From an uncultured virus (IMG/VR IMGVR_UViG_3300033066_000839) (lineage: Duplodnaviria > Heunggongvirae > Uroviricota > Caudoviricetes): a stretch of DNA of 64,000 nt. Under the pieces are notes generated by a model. That model did no database searches and was not told the origin of the DNA. It was given only the letters and a program-made list of their open reading frames with translations. Made by a program: the position numbers and the translations under genes. Location: the IMG/VR virus record IMGVR_UViG_3300033066_000839; one strand, written 5' to 3'. This document shows, in pieces, positions 55,959 to 64,000 of the stretch; position 1 is the first letter of the stretch; every line of letters starts with the position of its first letter.

Positions 55959-56207
55959 ATGTACGCAATGATACTCGAAGGATTTTATTGGGAGCTAACA
56001 GATACCGAGACGGACACTATCAACGATTTGTCTGTATCAGAGTTCTTAGCACAAAACCCAGAATACGAAATACAGGAAACGCCAACAACATTACCTAATC
56101 TTGTAAGCGCTACCGATGCTGAATTAAGCATTAACGGCGGTGCTATTACTGGCGGTGGTGCATTTGGTGGCACTCACCCTCCAATACCTACAAGACCGAA
56201 GCCGTGA
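55959..56207 (+). CDS. Hypothetical acidic protein
   Basis: Tightly packed ORF. Confidence 0.55.
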   Translation: MYAMILEGFYWELTDTETDTINDLSVSEFLAQNPEYEIQETPTTLPNLVSATDAELSINGGAITGGGAFGGTHPPIPTRPKP

Positions 56208-56551
56208 AAAGAAAACATGATATACTAGGGGCTATCGGTTATTTTTTATTGATAGCATTAGCTACATATGTTGGCATTAAATACGGGCTTACGCAACTCG
56301 TGTATGATGCTGGCGCATTGGCTTGGTGCTTTGTTACCATGTTATTGTACATACATACTTTAAAATCAAAATATACCAACATAGTTGCTGGCGGTGGTGC
56401 ATTTATGGCTTTTGTTACATTTATAGCAGAGCTTATGGATAAAAACACCTCACTTAGCTCATGGCATATAGTAGAAGCTTGGACTGGCATATGCGGTATG
56501 ATAATAGCGTTATATATACAATATAGATTAGATAAAAAAAATAAAAAATGA
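56204..56551 (+). CDS. Four-TM membrane protein
   Basis: Four hydrophobic helices. Confidence 0.65.
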   Translation: MKRKHDILGAIGYFLLIALATYVGIKYGLTQLVYDAGALAWCFVTMLLYIHTLKSKYTNIVAGGGAFMAFVTFIAELMDKNTSLSSWHIVEAWTGICGMIIALYIQYRLDKKNKK

Positions 56552-56650
56552 GTAGCGACATTCAATTATTTATTTGCATATTCATAGTAATCTCTCTCTA
56601 TCTATGGGTTATGTTTAAACACGTTATAAATCCGATTAAAAACCTTTGGC

Positions 56651-56896
56651 ATGAATACAAACAGGCACAGGGACATGGAGCAGGAGGGGGAAGATTTATT
56701 AGATAGGAAATTTGAAATTTCATTAAGGAATGCTTACAGGTCTATTGCAGGAGCTCTGGTATGCGCAGCAGCGGTCTTAGGTGTTTATTATTCATTTAGG
56801 ATTGATATGCATGACCAACAGAATAATATTATATTATTAAAAGCACAGGTACAGGCATTAGAGAAAAGAATTGAATTATTAGAAGATAAAAAATGA
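56651..56896 (+). CDS. TM plus coiled-coil protein
   Basis: Central TM, C-terminal heptads. Confidence 0.55.
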   Translation: MNTNRHRDMEQEGEDLLDRKFEISLRNAYRSIAGALVCAAAVLGVYYSFRIDMHDQQNNIILLKAQVQALEKRIELLEDKK

Positions 56897-56897
56897 T

Positions 56898-57386
56898 ATG
56901 CCATCTATCACACCAACAGTTACAGTACAGACTACGCCAGCAATCAGCGTAACTACGGTATCATCGCCACCATATGCACAGGTAAGGCGTAGTTTGGGTG
57001 ATTATGTTTTCAGGACGTTTATGTTCTATCTTGCCTCTGCCAATTTCAACCAACTGGCGGGGATATATCTTTATACTAAGTATGATTCAAATGGTACGAA
57101 GACCAGCGGCAACCTGATACCATTTGTTTCCCCGTTTCAAAAACAGAAAACCCTTTATTTCGATGTTTCGAGCCAACCTGTTATAATAGACGGGCGCAAT
57201 ATGTTCCAGTTTACCATGCTGCCTAATACGACACTGCAATTTAAAATGTATAGCATACAGGATAGCGTAGGGCAGTTTGTAAAACCTGACGGTAAACCCG
57301 CTTTAGTGCAAAATAACTTCAAGTTTTTCGAGACGGCTACTGGTAATTTTAATTTCTTTGACGATTTTAAAGGTAAATTGCCATGA
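56898..57386 (+). CDS. Paralogue of the capsid candidate core (minor capsid protein)
   Basis: Aligns by eye with 41856: DSNG/DANG, LIP..SPFQKQ/LVP..DPYQQQ, IIDG/RIDG. Confidence 0.65.
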   Translation: MPSITPTVTVQTTPAISVTTVSSPPYAQVRRSLGDYVFRTFMFYLASANFNQLAGIYLYTKYDSNGTKTSGNLIPFVSPFQKQKTLYFDVSSQPVIIDGRNMFQFTMLPNTTLQFKMYSIQDSVGQFVKPDGKPALVQNNFKFFETATGNFNFFDDFKGKLP

Positions 57387-58117
57387 TGACCGAAGAAATG
57401 AAACGGCAGCTATCCGAGATTAGCTTTACCATCGTTAACAATACAAGTAGCAATGTGCCCATGAACTTTTTGGGTAACTTGGCTAATACGGCGGATATAA
57501 GCAATCAGTTAACAGAATACAAATGGGACGTTACAGGCATTTTGTTTGCCGCATATGATACCGTTACCGTACAAGTGCGCGGCGCGGGCAGCAGTTTGCC
57601 ATTTACGACACTTTCTGCCACTATACCTATTAAGACTATTCAGGGGGCTCTCGATGCTTTAAACAGCCTGAATGTGGCTTGTTTCTTCAGTAGCACCTCT
57701 GGCGGCAATACATATATTGAAACGTATAATGATAATACCGAGTTCGGGGATATTGATTTCAGCAGTAGTACGGGATATAGTACATGGTTTTTAGGCTACA
57801 GGGGTTCGTATGCTGGCACTGGCGGTTCGTGGAATATTGAGAATCCGACACCTACTGTTATTTATACAGGCTCATTCCCTGTGGTGCAAAGTCCTTATGT
57901 GGATATATCGGCTTATCTGAATTACAGCTCTAACCAGATTACTTTTAATTGTGTGGCTGGCAGCCTTACCATGAATATGGCAATATACCGACTTGATTTG
58001 GCTACTAATACAGAAACGCTGATAAACTCGGTTACAGGTATATTGTCTGGAAACTCCGCTAGTATAGGACCTATTACGGCTGCTGCGGGGTATGTGTATA
58101 TTATTGATTTTTCTTAG
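57383..58117 (+). CDS. Beta-rich structural protein (spike/vertex candidate)
   Basis: N-terminal FTIVNNTSSNVPMNFLG resembles capsid ITVSNVSAVAVANFDVLG. Confidence 0.55.
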   Translation: MMTEEMKRQLSEISFTIVNNTSSNVPMNFLGNLANTADISNQLTEYKWDVTGILFAAYDTVTVQVRGAGSSLPFTTLSATIPIKTIQGALDALNSLNVACFFSSTSGGNTYIETYNDNTEFGDIDFSSSTGYSTWFLGYRGSYAGTGGSWNIENPTPTVIYTGSFPVVQSPYVDISAYLNYSSNQITFNCVAGSLTMNMAIYRLDLATNTETLINSVTGILSGNSASIGPITAAAGYVYIIDFS

Positions 58118-58331
58118 GGGCTTCCAATACTTTTTTGAAACATAGATAGCCTACGTATATAGAGCCTACAAAAGCCATACATACAAAGCCTATCGCCCCA
58201 TAGTATATGGAATCGTTGTATTGTATCAGGGTGATAAGCATCATAAGCAATATGCCGAAAGCTATGAAGGATATTAACCCTATCACGAAAAATCCTGTTT
58301 TTACAAGCAGTTCTTTAAGTTCGTTTGACAT
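58101..58331 (-). CDS. Two-TM membrane protein
   Basis: Start revised to MSNELKE. Confidence 0.6.
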   Translation of the reverse strand: MSNELKELLVKTGFFVIGLISFIAFGILLMMLITLIQYNDSIYYGAIGFVCMAFVGSIYVGYLCFKKVLEAPKKNQ

Positions 58332-58413
58332 CTTTATTTTTTTATGGGTTATTATTTTGTATGTTTGTGGTGTTGGCAGCCCCCGCATAGAATATGTAAC
58401 CTCCCAACATCAT

Positions 58414-58441
58414 TAACCATCCTTCGGGGTGGTTTTTGTTT
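58414..58441 (+). terminator. Terminator, copy 1 of a 28-bp direct repeat
   Basis: taaccatccttcggggtggtttttgttt, with a TTCG-loop hairpin. Confidence 0.8.
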
Positions 58442-58632
58442 TATTCAGGTTCAAATATTTTTCTTTTATGTTTTATTGCTCGTTTGTATTTGTAAGGGCT
58501 GCAAATAGAGCATGAGCATGGTTTGCCACTTGTTTTATATGCATAGTAACAAGGCTTATCTGGTAATGACAGATTTCGCAATCTTCGTTTGTACCTAAGA
58601 ATTTTTATTTCAAACCTTCTGCGTTTATTCAT
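58441..58632 (-). CDS. Small basic protein with CSCxxC
   Basis: KPCSCSICSP. Confidence 0.6.
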   Translation of the reverse strand: MNKRRRFEIKILRYKRRLRNLSLPDKPCYYAYKTSGKPCSCSICSPYKYKRAIKHKRKIFEPE

Positions 58633-58667
58633 AAGTTGTATATTTGTACCCCAACTGCGTCAACATA

Positions 58668-58695
58668 TAACCATCCTTCGGGGTGGTTTTTGTTT
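58668..58695 (+). terminator. Terminator, copy 2 of the 28-bp direct repeat
   Basis: Identical to 58414-58441. Confidence 0.8.
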
Positions 58696-58924
58696 ATCTT
58701 TTTTTCACCCGATTATAAATTACCAGTTCACCATTTTTATTTACTGCAAGTGGGAGGTTTCTTCTGCTAGACTCATCTAAAACTTTCGTTGAATCTACTT
58801 CTGCCAACTCTTCTTTTTTTCTTTTACCATATGAGAAACCTAATCCTATAACAGTAAGAAGAAGAATATATCCAAACAGTCCGTATTCTGAATCTAATGT
58901 TGGGTGATTTTTCTTTTTGCTCAT
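58694..58924 (-). CDS. Small membrane protein
   Basis: One TM. Confidence 0.55.
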   Translation of the reverse strand: MSKKKNHPTLDSEYGLFGYILLLTVIGLGFSYGKRKKEELAEVDSTKVLDESSRRNLPLAVNKNGELVIYNRVKKR

Positions 58925-58927
58925 GCT

Positions 58928-59434
58928 TTATGGTTTTAATCCAAGTAAATTAATGTAGGCTTCAATTTCTTTTAACAATGGGAATTTGTGTTTTTTGCCG
59001 TTCCTGCTAAGTAGTACTGGATAGTGTGTTAGTTTATTGCTTGCGTATATGCCCCTGTTAAATGAAGCATATTGCATAAATATTAACTCTCTAGCCTTAT
59101 CCATGTCGCTTTTATCGGAATTAATAATCTCAATTACTTTTTTCGCATTTTGTTCAAATGTTGACGGCGGCATAACAATAACTCCATTAACCTCTTCATC
59201 CCACGCTACGGCTCTCAATTCTTTTTTAGATTTGTGCTGTCTTTTTTTAGCCGCTTGTATTCTTTTGCGACTTTCCTCTCCATTTCTTTTTACGACATCA
59301 TCGCTAACCTTATCGTCAACAATAGGCTTAGGTATTATAGTAATTACTGTTTCCTTTCTTTCTGTTTCTATTCCGCACTCATGATAGCAATTATCATTGG
59401 TACATGGCTTTTTAGTGTTACTGCAAACAATCAT
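58928..59434 (-). CDS. Hypothetical protein
   Basis: Co-oriented right-arm ORF. Confidence 0.6.
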   Translation of the reverse strand: MIVCSNTKKPCTNDNCYHECGIETERKETVITIIPKPIVDDKVSDDVVKRNGEESRKRIQAAKKRQHKSKKELRAVAWDEEVNGVIVMPPSTFEQNAKKVIEIINSDKSDMDKARELIFMQYASFNRGIYASNKLTHYPVLLSRNGKKHKFPLLKEIEAYINLLGLKP

Positions 59435-59463
59435 ATCTTAGTTTTTTCGTAGTCGCCGTAGGG

Positions 59464-59670
59464 TTAAAATGGTAAATCATCATATCCAATTCTATAACAA
59501 GCATCTATGGAGGATTGGTTGTAAAATCTTTTACCTATGGTTTTGTTCCAATTAATAAATAAAAAAATCCCCTTCCTCCTTTTCCTGATACGCCTGTTGG
59601 TAAATGTGTTTATATGACATCCATGATATTCGGAGTACTTTCTTTTGGGCAATCGGTGGCTCATATCCAA
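59464..59670 (-). CDS. Hypothetical protein
   Basis: Ends in DDLPF. Confidence 0.5.
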   Translation of the reverse strand: MDMSHRLPKRKYSEYHGCHINTFTNRRIRKRRKGIFLFINWNKTIGKRFYNQSSIDACYRIGYDDLPF

Positions 59671-59966
59671 CTTATTAAATGTGTGAAGAATGTAACAATA
59701 GCCTGTATGCTACCAAATATAAGATATAATACTATGAAATAGAATAGCGGAGCTAACCGTATGGAGCGGCTTATAAGCCTGCCTACATTATTTTGAAGGT
59801 CAACGAATAGTATCTGCAAGATGTATTCAATAGCATACCCCTGAATCCACAACTTTGTGAATATCCATAACGAGTAGGCAGTAACAAAAAACACTGATAC
59901 GGGGTACAGTATTACGGCTTTAGCCTTTGTTGTCAGTCCTTTTAAAATTGTTCTCATTTTTATCAC
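59661..59966 (-). CDS. Membrane protein
   Basis: Several hydrophobic helices. Confidence 0.55.
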   Translation of the reverse strand: MIKMRTILKGLTTKAKAVILYPVSVFFVTAYSLWIFTKLWIQGYAIEYILQILFVDLQNNVGRLISRSIRLAPLFYFIVLYLIFGSIQAIVTFFTHLISWI

Positions 59967-60375
59967 TTTTTTGTGTTATTATCTTTATCATGTGTTTCAG
60001 GCAATCTAGTCTGGCGGATTCATAAGACTCAAATTGTATAAAGTCATCGGCTTTTACTTCGTCAAACGGGCACATATATCCCTCCATCAAAATCGTATAC
60101 GTCCACCAATCCCAACTATCGACAGGTTGAATTACACAAGTAACCCTAAACATTCTGTCTTTATTACGAAGCCACTCGAAAGCCTGTTCGTAAGTCGGAG
60201 CTATAATATTGTGCTCTGTTTGCGCCTCTAATGGGTACGGGTGCAGGTATTTTTGTATATTGGGTACATTATCAGGAACTATACCGTAATGCGCCATGCA
60301 CGGGTCATTAAAGCCCAATTCACGGAGCGCCTTAGCTTCTGAAAATTCAACAAAGTGTTCAGTTATTGAAGGCAT
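59920..60375 (-). CDS. Conserved Bacteroidota-phage hypothetical protein
   Basis: FVEFSEAKALRELGF..PC...APTYEQAFEWLR...SYESARL. Confidence 0.75.
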   Translation of the reverse strand: MPSITEHFVEFSEAKALRELGFNDPCMAHYGIVPDNVPNIQKYLHPYPLEAQTEHNIIAPTYEQAFEWLRNKDRMFRVTCVIQPVDSWDWWTYTILMEGYMCPFDEVKADDFIQFESYESARLDCLKHMIKIITQKSDKNENNFKRTDNKG

Positions 60376-60602
60376 TATTTAATTATGTTTTTTTCAACAA
60401 AATATTTTTTCATAGGCTGTTTCAAAAAATCGCAAACTTTATAAAACGTACATATATCTGGGGGTAGTTCGTTTTCTAGTCTGCTTAATGTAGCAGTGCT
60501 AATACCTATTTTAACGGCACAATCACGCAAGTTCAATTCAAGATAAAATCGAATACTTTTAATGTCTTTTGCAAATTCTACGCCATTAAAAACAACTTCC
60601 AT
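60375..60602 (-). CDS. XRE-family helix-turn-helix protein
   Basis: LRDCAVKIGISTATLSRLENELPPD. Confidence 0.85.
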   Translation of the reverse strand: MEVVFNGVEFAKDIKSIRFYLELNLRDCAVKIGISTATLSRLENELPPDICTFYKVCDFLKQPMKKYFVEKNIIK

Positions 60603-60604
60603 AA

Positions 60605-60919
60605 CTATCTTCTTTTTAATTGTTTAAACTGTTCTTCGGTCAACCATCCGTTAGGGCTTCTCTTTTTACCTCCCCAGATATAATTGACACCATTTATCTT
60701 TTTTTGTGATACCCCCACCACAGGCAGCGTAACGGTTTGCCCTACTACCTTTTTACCTTGAAATTTATCTGGCAACCTCTCAATGACCTTCAGCAACCCC
60801 TCTCTTGCTTCATTAGCAGTAAAAGCCTCAATAATCACTGGCTTTTCTATGTCTTCAAATGTAAAGGCGTAGAACTTAATTATATCTGGCTTCTCAACTG
60901 CTACATACTGAAAGGACAT
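60605..60919 (-). CDS. Hypothetical protein
   Basis: Tightly packed ORF. Confidence 0.6.
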   Translation of the reverse strand: MSFQYVAVEKPDIIKFYAFTFEDIEKPVIIEAFTANEAREGLLKVIERLPDKFQGKKVVGQTVTLPVVGVSQKKINGVNYIWGGKKRSPNGWLTEEQFKQLKRR

Positions 60920-60922
60920 GTG

Positions 60923-62209
60923 CTATATTTCTACTTCGTTTTTTGCCAACAGTGTTTTAGTATAAAGGTTTATAAAGTGTTGCTGGAAAGCTCTCGTTTC
61001 ATCGCTAAGACCAGTATTGAAATGTTCGTTCTCTTCGATTAGCATAGCTACAATATCAAACAATGAGCTGTTAAGCATTGTATTACAAATATATATCTTC
61101 TTTTCGTCAAGATTTACACATGCCAAACGTGTCTTATCCCCGAAATACCCAAACACAAATTTCAGGTCTGGATGAAGTAAATAGTCGCATTGCTCCAATA
61201 TAACAAGTGCTTGCTTTACTCTGTTGTCTAAGATAGGGTCGTAGTGTTCTAGGAACTCATTAGCCTTACTGGCAACCCGAAGCGCACCGATGCCATCAAA
61301 CTGCTTTGTAAGGGCTTTATAAACCACTTTAGGAACAACTATATTCTTAACAGTATCAATAGATATTCCCCTTGCTTCAGCATCCTCAACTGCTTTATTA
61401 TGGATTATTTTGGCATTACCAATAACATTAACCCATGACTTACTCCATTTTTCAATCATCCAGTCAAAATCCATAGTGCCATCCTTACCCTCAAAATGCT
61501 CTTCTGTAACATTCTCCAGAAAATATTGTGCGACCTTTTCATTTGCCTGACTAAGCGCTTCGCAGATAGGTAGCGTTAGCGTATTGTTGTATTCACGCAG
61601 CTCGTTAATTTTAGCGTTCTTAATATCATAAGAGAATAGCGATTTATGTGTATCACTTTCATATATCAAAACGCCTTGTTTGTAGAATCTTAACTTTTGC
61701 CCGCCAGCATATATTTTATGGGTAGCGGTCTCATGTAGCGGCTCTTGGTTATGTATAAAGTATTTACCCCAGTTATCCAGCACCTCTTGTATCTGGCTGT
61801 CAATCTGAATATAAAACACGGTGTTACCTTCATGTGGCACTGGGTTATCAGTTATTTCATAGTGCGCTTCACCTTCGTCAAGAGCATTACACCACAGCTC
61901 ACGTATTACCATCCATGCTTTCCAGTCAGAGCCCATCTTTGTGGTAATGCTGGTGCGGTTGCCGTTTATACAGATGATTTCAAATACCTCATCACGTATG
62001 GTCTCTTTCTCGATGTTTACTTTCACTAATTCATTACCGACAAATATCTTAAAGTCAAGATTATTACGGTACAGAAACGCTAAGGTATATTTCAACCCCG
62101 TACCAAACTGCCCGATTTTGTATTGGTCTTTATCTTTAGTAGAACCTCCCATGAGTGCTACAAGGCGAATGTCAAGTAAACCTTTGTTGCTGATTGCTAA
62201 GTATTTCAT
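60923..62209 (-). CDS. GHKL-type ATPase (permuted motifs) with C-terminal metallopeptidase-like segment
   Basis: GSTK...IGQFGTGLK precedes IRELWCNALDE; C-terminal LIEENEH...D.TRAFQ. Confidence 0.65.
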   Translation of the reverse strand: MKYLAISNKGLLDIRLVALMGGSTKDKDQYKIGQFGTGLKYTLAFLYRNNLDFKIFVGNELVKVNIEKETIRDEVFEIICINGNRTSITTKMGSDWKAWMVIRELWCNALDEGEAHYEITDNPVPHEGNTVFYIQIDSQIQEVLDNWGKYFIHNQEPLHETATHKIYAGGQKLRFYKQGVLIYESDTHKSLFSYDIKNAKINELREYNNTLTLPICEALSQANEKVAQYFLENVTEEHFEGKDGTMDFDWMIEKWSKSWVNVIGNAKIIHNKAVEDAEARGISIDTVKNIVVPKVVYKALTKQFDGIGALRVASKANEFLEHYDPILDNRVKQALVILEQCDYLLHPDLKFVFGYFGDKTRLACVNLDEKKIYICNTMLNSSLFDIVAMLIEENEHFNTGLSDETRAFQQHFINLYTKTLLAKNEVEI

Positions 62210-62226
62210 ATGTGTAATTGATTTTG

Positions 62227-62483
62227 TTATTCCCCAAGTAATTGACTTAAAAATTTAGTTTTAGTCCTTTGCGATTCAGCATAAGCACCTAAATGAAAAC
62301 ATGCATATGCTAATTCGTTGGGGTTATTAAGTAACTTTGATATTGCCGCAATAGCATCTGGATAGGTTTTAGTTTCATCATGGCATTTTTCTATGATTGC
62401 ATCTATTTCCGTTTCTCTTTCATTGCTTATGCGAAGCTATCATTATCAATTTCAACTGCTGTTACAAGTATGTTATTATTCAT
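62227..62483 (-). pseudogene. Frameshifted small gene
   Basis: MNNNILVTAVEIDNDSFA* continues in another frame as ISNERETEIDAII...LLGE*; good leader upstream. Confidence 0.5.
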
Positions 62484-62496
62484 GTGTAATTGGTTT

Positions 62497-62745
62497 TTAT
62501 TTAGAGTTAGAGATATTGAACAATGTATCAGCAAAAACGCTTTCACCTCCGATAGTTACCATAACTGTAGGCTCTAGGAAACTTTCTACAATCTCATATC
62601 CAGTAATTTTTTGAGGAGCGCTGTACATTACATTGCCGTTTCCGTCAATCTCCGTAAGAAGCCTGCTTTGTGCCATTTTACCAGTTAGAAATTGCCCGTA
62701 TCTTTCCGCCGCTAGAGCTTCTGGGCTTGCTGAATAGTGTACCAT
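62497..62745 (-). CDS. Hypothetical early protein
   Basis: First ORF after repeated promoter. Confidence 0.7.
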   Translation of the reverse strand: MVHYSASPEALAAERYGQFLTGKMAQSRLLTEIDGNGNVMYSAPQKITGYEIVESFLEPTVMVTIGGESVFADTLFNISNSK

Positions 62746-62814
62746 CTTGCTTAATGTTTAAGTGTTAAAATTGATTTGTTGACACAAAGATAGTGTTATG
62801 TTTTGAAATAACAA
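62743..62814 (-). repeat. 72-bp promoter+leader repeat (inverted copy of 20091-20162)
   Basis: Two mismatches by eye. Confidence 0.9.
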
Positions 62815-62837
62815 CACCAAGCAAAGATATTTTTTAT

Positions 62838-63107
62838 TTATATTTCATCCTTTGCTTTCAGTGCTGATTTAAGGTCTACTTTCTCACTGTTGGCAGCTAG
62901 AAAATCCTCATTTTTGAAAGTGTGTTGCTCACACAAATAGAATGGCTTTGTAATGAGGCTTACGGTAGGCTTCATAGTAAATGCAAATAGTATCGGGTGT
63001 TTCGTGCAATACCCCATAGTACCTTCAGCATCAATCTTATTAAAGTGAATACAGTTGGCGCAGCTCCTAATCATAGGTAAGCCTGCTTTATTTAAATACG
63101 TGTGCAT
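62838..63107 (-). CDS. Cys-rich small protein
   Basis: CANCIHF...GYC...CEQH. Confidence 0.65.
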   Translation of the reverse strand: MHTYLNKAGLPMIRSCANCIHFNKIDAEGTMGYCTKHPILFAFTMKPTVSLITKPFYLCEQHTFKNEDFLAANSEKVDLKSALKAKDEI

Positions 63108-63234
63108 AATTATCGCTATTTAGACAAGCCAATCCGAATAGAGATAATTTTTATTTTCCGATAAAAATACTAATTTTACACCACTCTACGAGGGGTAGTA
63201 CAGTAATACACAGTTCTCATTTACTAAGAGCGCT

Positions 63235-63993
63235 TCAGGTTTGTGCCTGTGGCGCTTTTACTTTTGTGAGGTGCTTACAATCCATACCAAGCTCATTAAA
63301 GAACTCCGCCACACGCTCCCTGTTCTTTTTGGTATCACGGTAGTAAATGCAATCCGTTCTATAGGCGTAGAAATCCCCTCCAAGCATCATTTTACATGCC
63401 TGCATCATTTTATAGCATTCATACCGTACTTTACGGTAACAGGCTACCAGCATCGGGTCTGGTTCTATTTTTAGTATGTTATCAGTGATGACTCCGTTTT
63501 TGATAATCTTATACTCTTTACTGCTACCGATGGCAGCTAATGCTGCTAACCGTGTGGTCTTGTGGTCTCCCTTCATACCGTGATTATAGGTATTCTCGCT
63601 AATGATACCGAATAGGTATGCTATGCGCCAGTATGCTGCTGTAAGGTCCGTAGCCGCAAGAGGAGAGCTGATATGCTGATATTCGTAGTTGGTCTCGTTG
63701 GTAGGGTAGCGCTTTGATACTCTGATAGTCTTTTTACCTTCACAGTATTTTTTTGCATCGCGTTTTACCATTCCAAACAGGAATAGTCCGCGTTGCGCTT
63801 TCTTAGATACGTTTTTACCCTGAAACCTGAAGCTGCGTTTCTCATATACAAGTTCGTTAGCAAAGTTAGCTACGCGGTAGTACCCGTTTAACTTGTTCTG
63901 CTTTATAAAGTCCAGCATCATTTGTTCACGGTGCTTAGGCTGAAACTCTGTTTGATTTGCCAGCTTGCGTTTGCGTAGTATTATTTGAGCCAT
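63235..63993 (-). CDS. Minimal family-B DNA polymerase-like protein (palm/fingers only)
   Basis: Motif A-like TDLTAAYW, motif B-like K..RLAALAAIG, motif C-like YRTDCIYY. Confidence 0.6.
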   Translation of the reverse strand: MAQIILRKRKLANQTEFQPKHREQMMLDFIKQNKLNGYYRVANFANELVYEKRSFRFQGKNVSKKAQRGLFLFGMVKRDAKKYCEGKKTIRVSKRYPTNETNYEYQHISSPLAATDLTAAYWRIAYLFGIISENTYNHGMKGDHKTTRLAALAAIGSSKEYKIIKNGVITDNILKIEPDPMLVACYRKVRYECYKMMQACKMMLGGDFYAYRTDCIYYRDTKKNRERVAEFFNELGMDCKHLTKVKAPQAQT

Positions 63994-64000
63994 TGTATTA

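Larger units (their letters stand above)
1..64000. other. Bacteriophage genome segment, probable Bacteroidota host, probable tailless membrane-containing virion
   Basis: Dense, mostly co-oriented small ORFs; endolysin and holin; packaging-type ATPase; no housekeeping genes; TAnnTTTG promoters. Confidence 0.9.

Noticed and set aside
58414..58695. 28-bp repeat as a mini-CRISPR
   Set aside because: Only two copies, separated by a protein-coding gene, with classic hairpin-plus-T terminator form. Kept as terminator/sRNA cassettes instead.
1..64000. CRISPR array, integrase, transposase, terminase/portal/HK97 capsid
   Set aside because: No regularly spaced repeat-spacer array and no recognisable motifs for these proteins. 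Absence applies only to this window and to reading by eye.
1..64000. Alternative genetic code
   Set aside because: TAA, TAG and TGA all end genes with tight stop/start coupling, and coding density is high under the standard code.

Overview
This window is a large piece of a dsDNA bacteriophage genome, most likely infecting Bacteroidota. The evidence is recurrent TTTG..TAnnTTTG promoters, A-rich Shine-Dalgarno-less leaders and typical Bacteroidota-phage ORF families. The left arm (1-22.6 kb, +) carries many small early/accessory genes, an HTH regulator, a replication initiator, DNA methyltransferases, three glycosyltransferases, a 2OG-Fe(II) oxygenase and an HD hydrolase. The centre (23-58 kb, +) carries a split DarB-like methylase/SNF2-helicase with a zeta-toxin-like kinase domain, a modular protein punctuated by [FY]xxGG motifs, and a lysis cassette. 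It then has a morphogenetic module with no recognisable terminase, portal, HK97 capsid or tail tube. Instead there is a P9/A32-type packaging ATPase, a beta-rich candidate single-jelly-roll major capsid protein, about 25 small membrane proteins, an HExxH protease, a fibre, and a split, order-swapped capsid paralogue. This suggests an unusually large tailless, internal-membrane virus. The right arm (58-64 kb, -) holds early genes including a circularly permuted GHKL ATPase and a minimal family-B-polymerase-like protein. Top leads are two shared peptide-motif systems ([FY]xN[AF]xG and [FY]xxGG) suggesting proteolytic maturation or sorting of virion proteins, the split capsid paralogue, the mini-PolB, and several hidden promoter-terminator units (a peptide, sRNAs, an initiator-like tRNA). 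All calls come from motif reading by eye; no searches were run.
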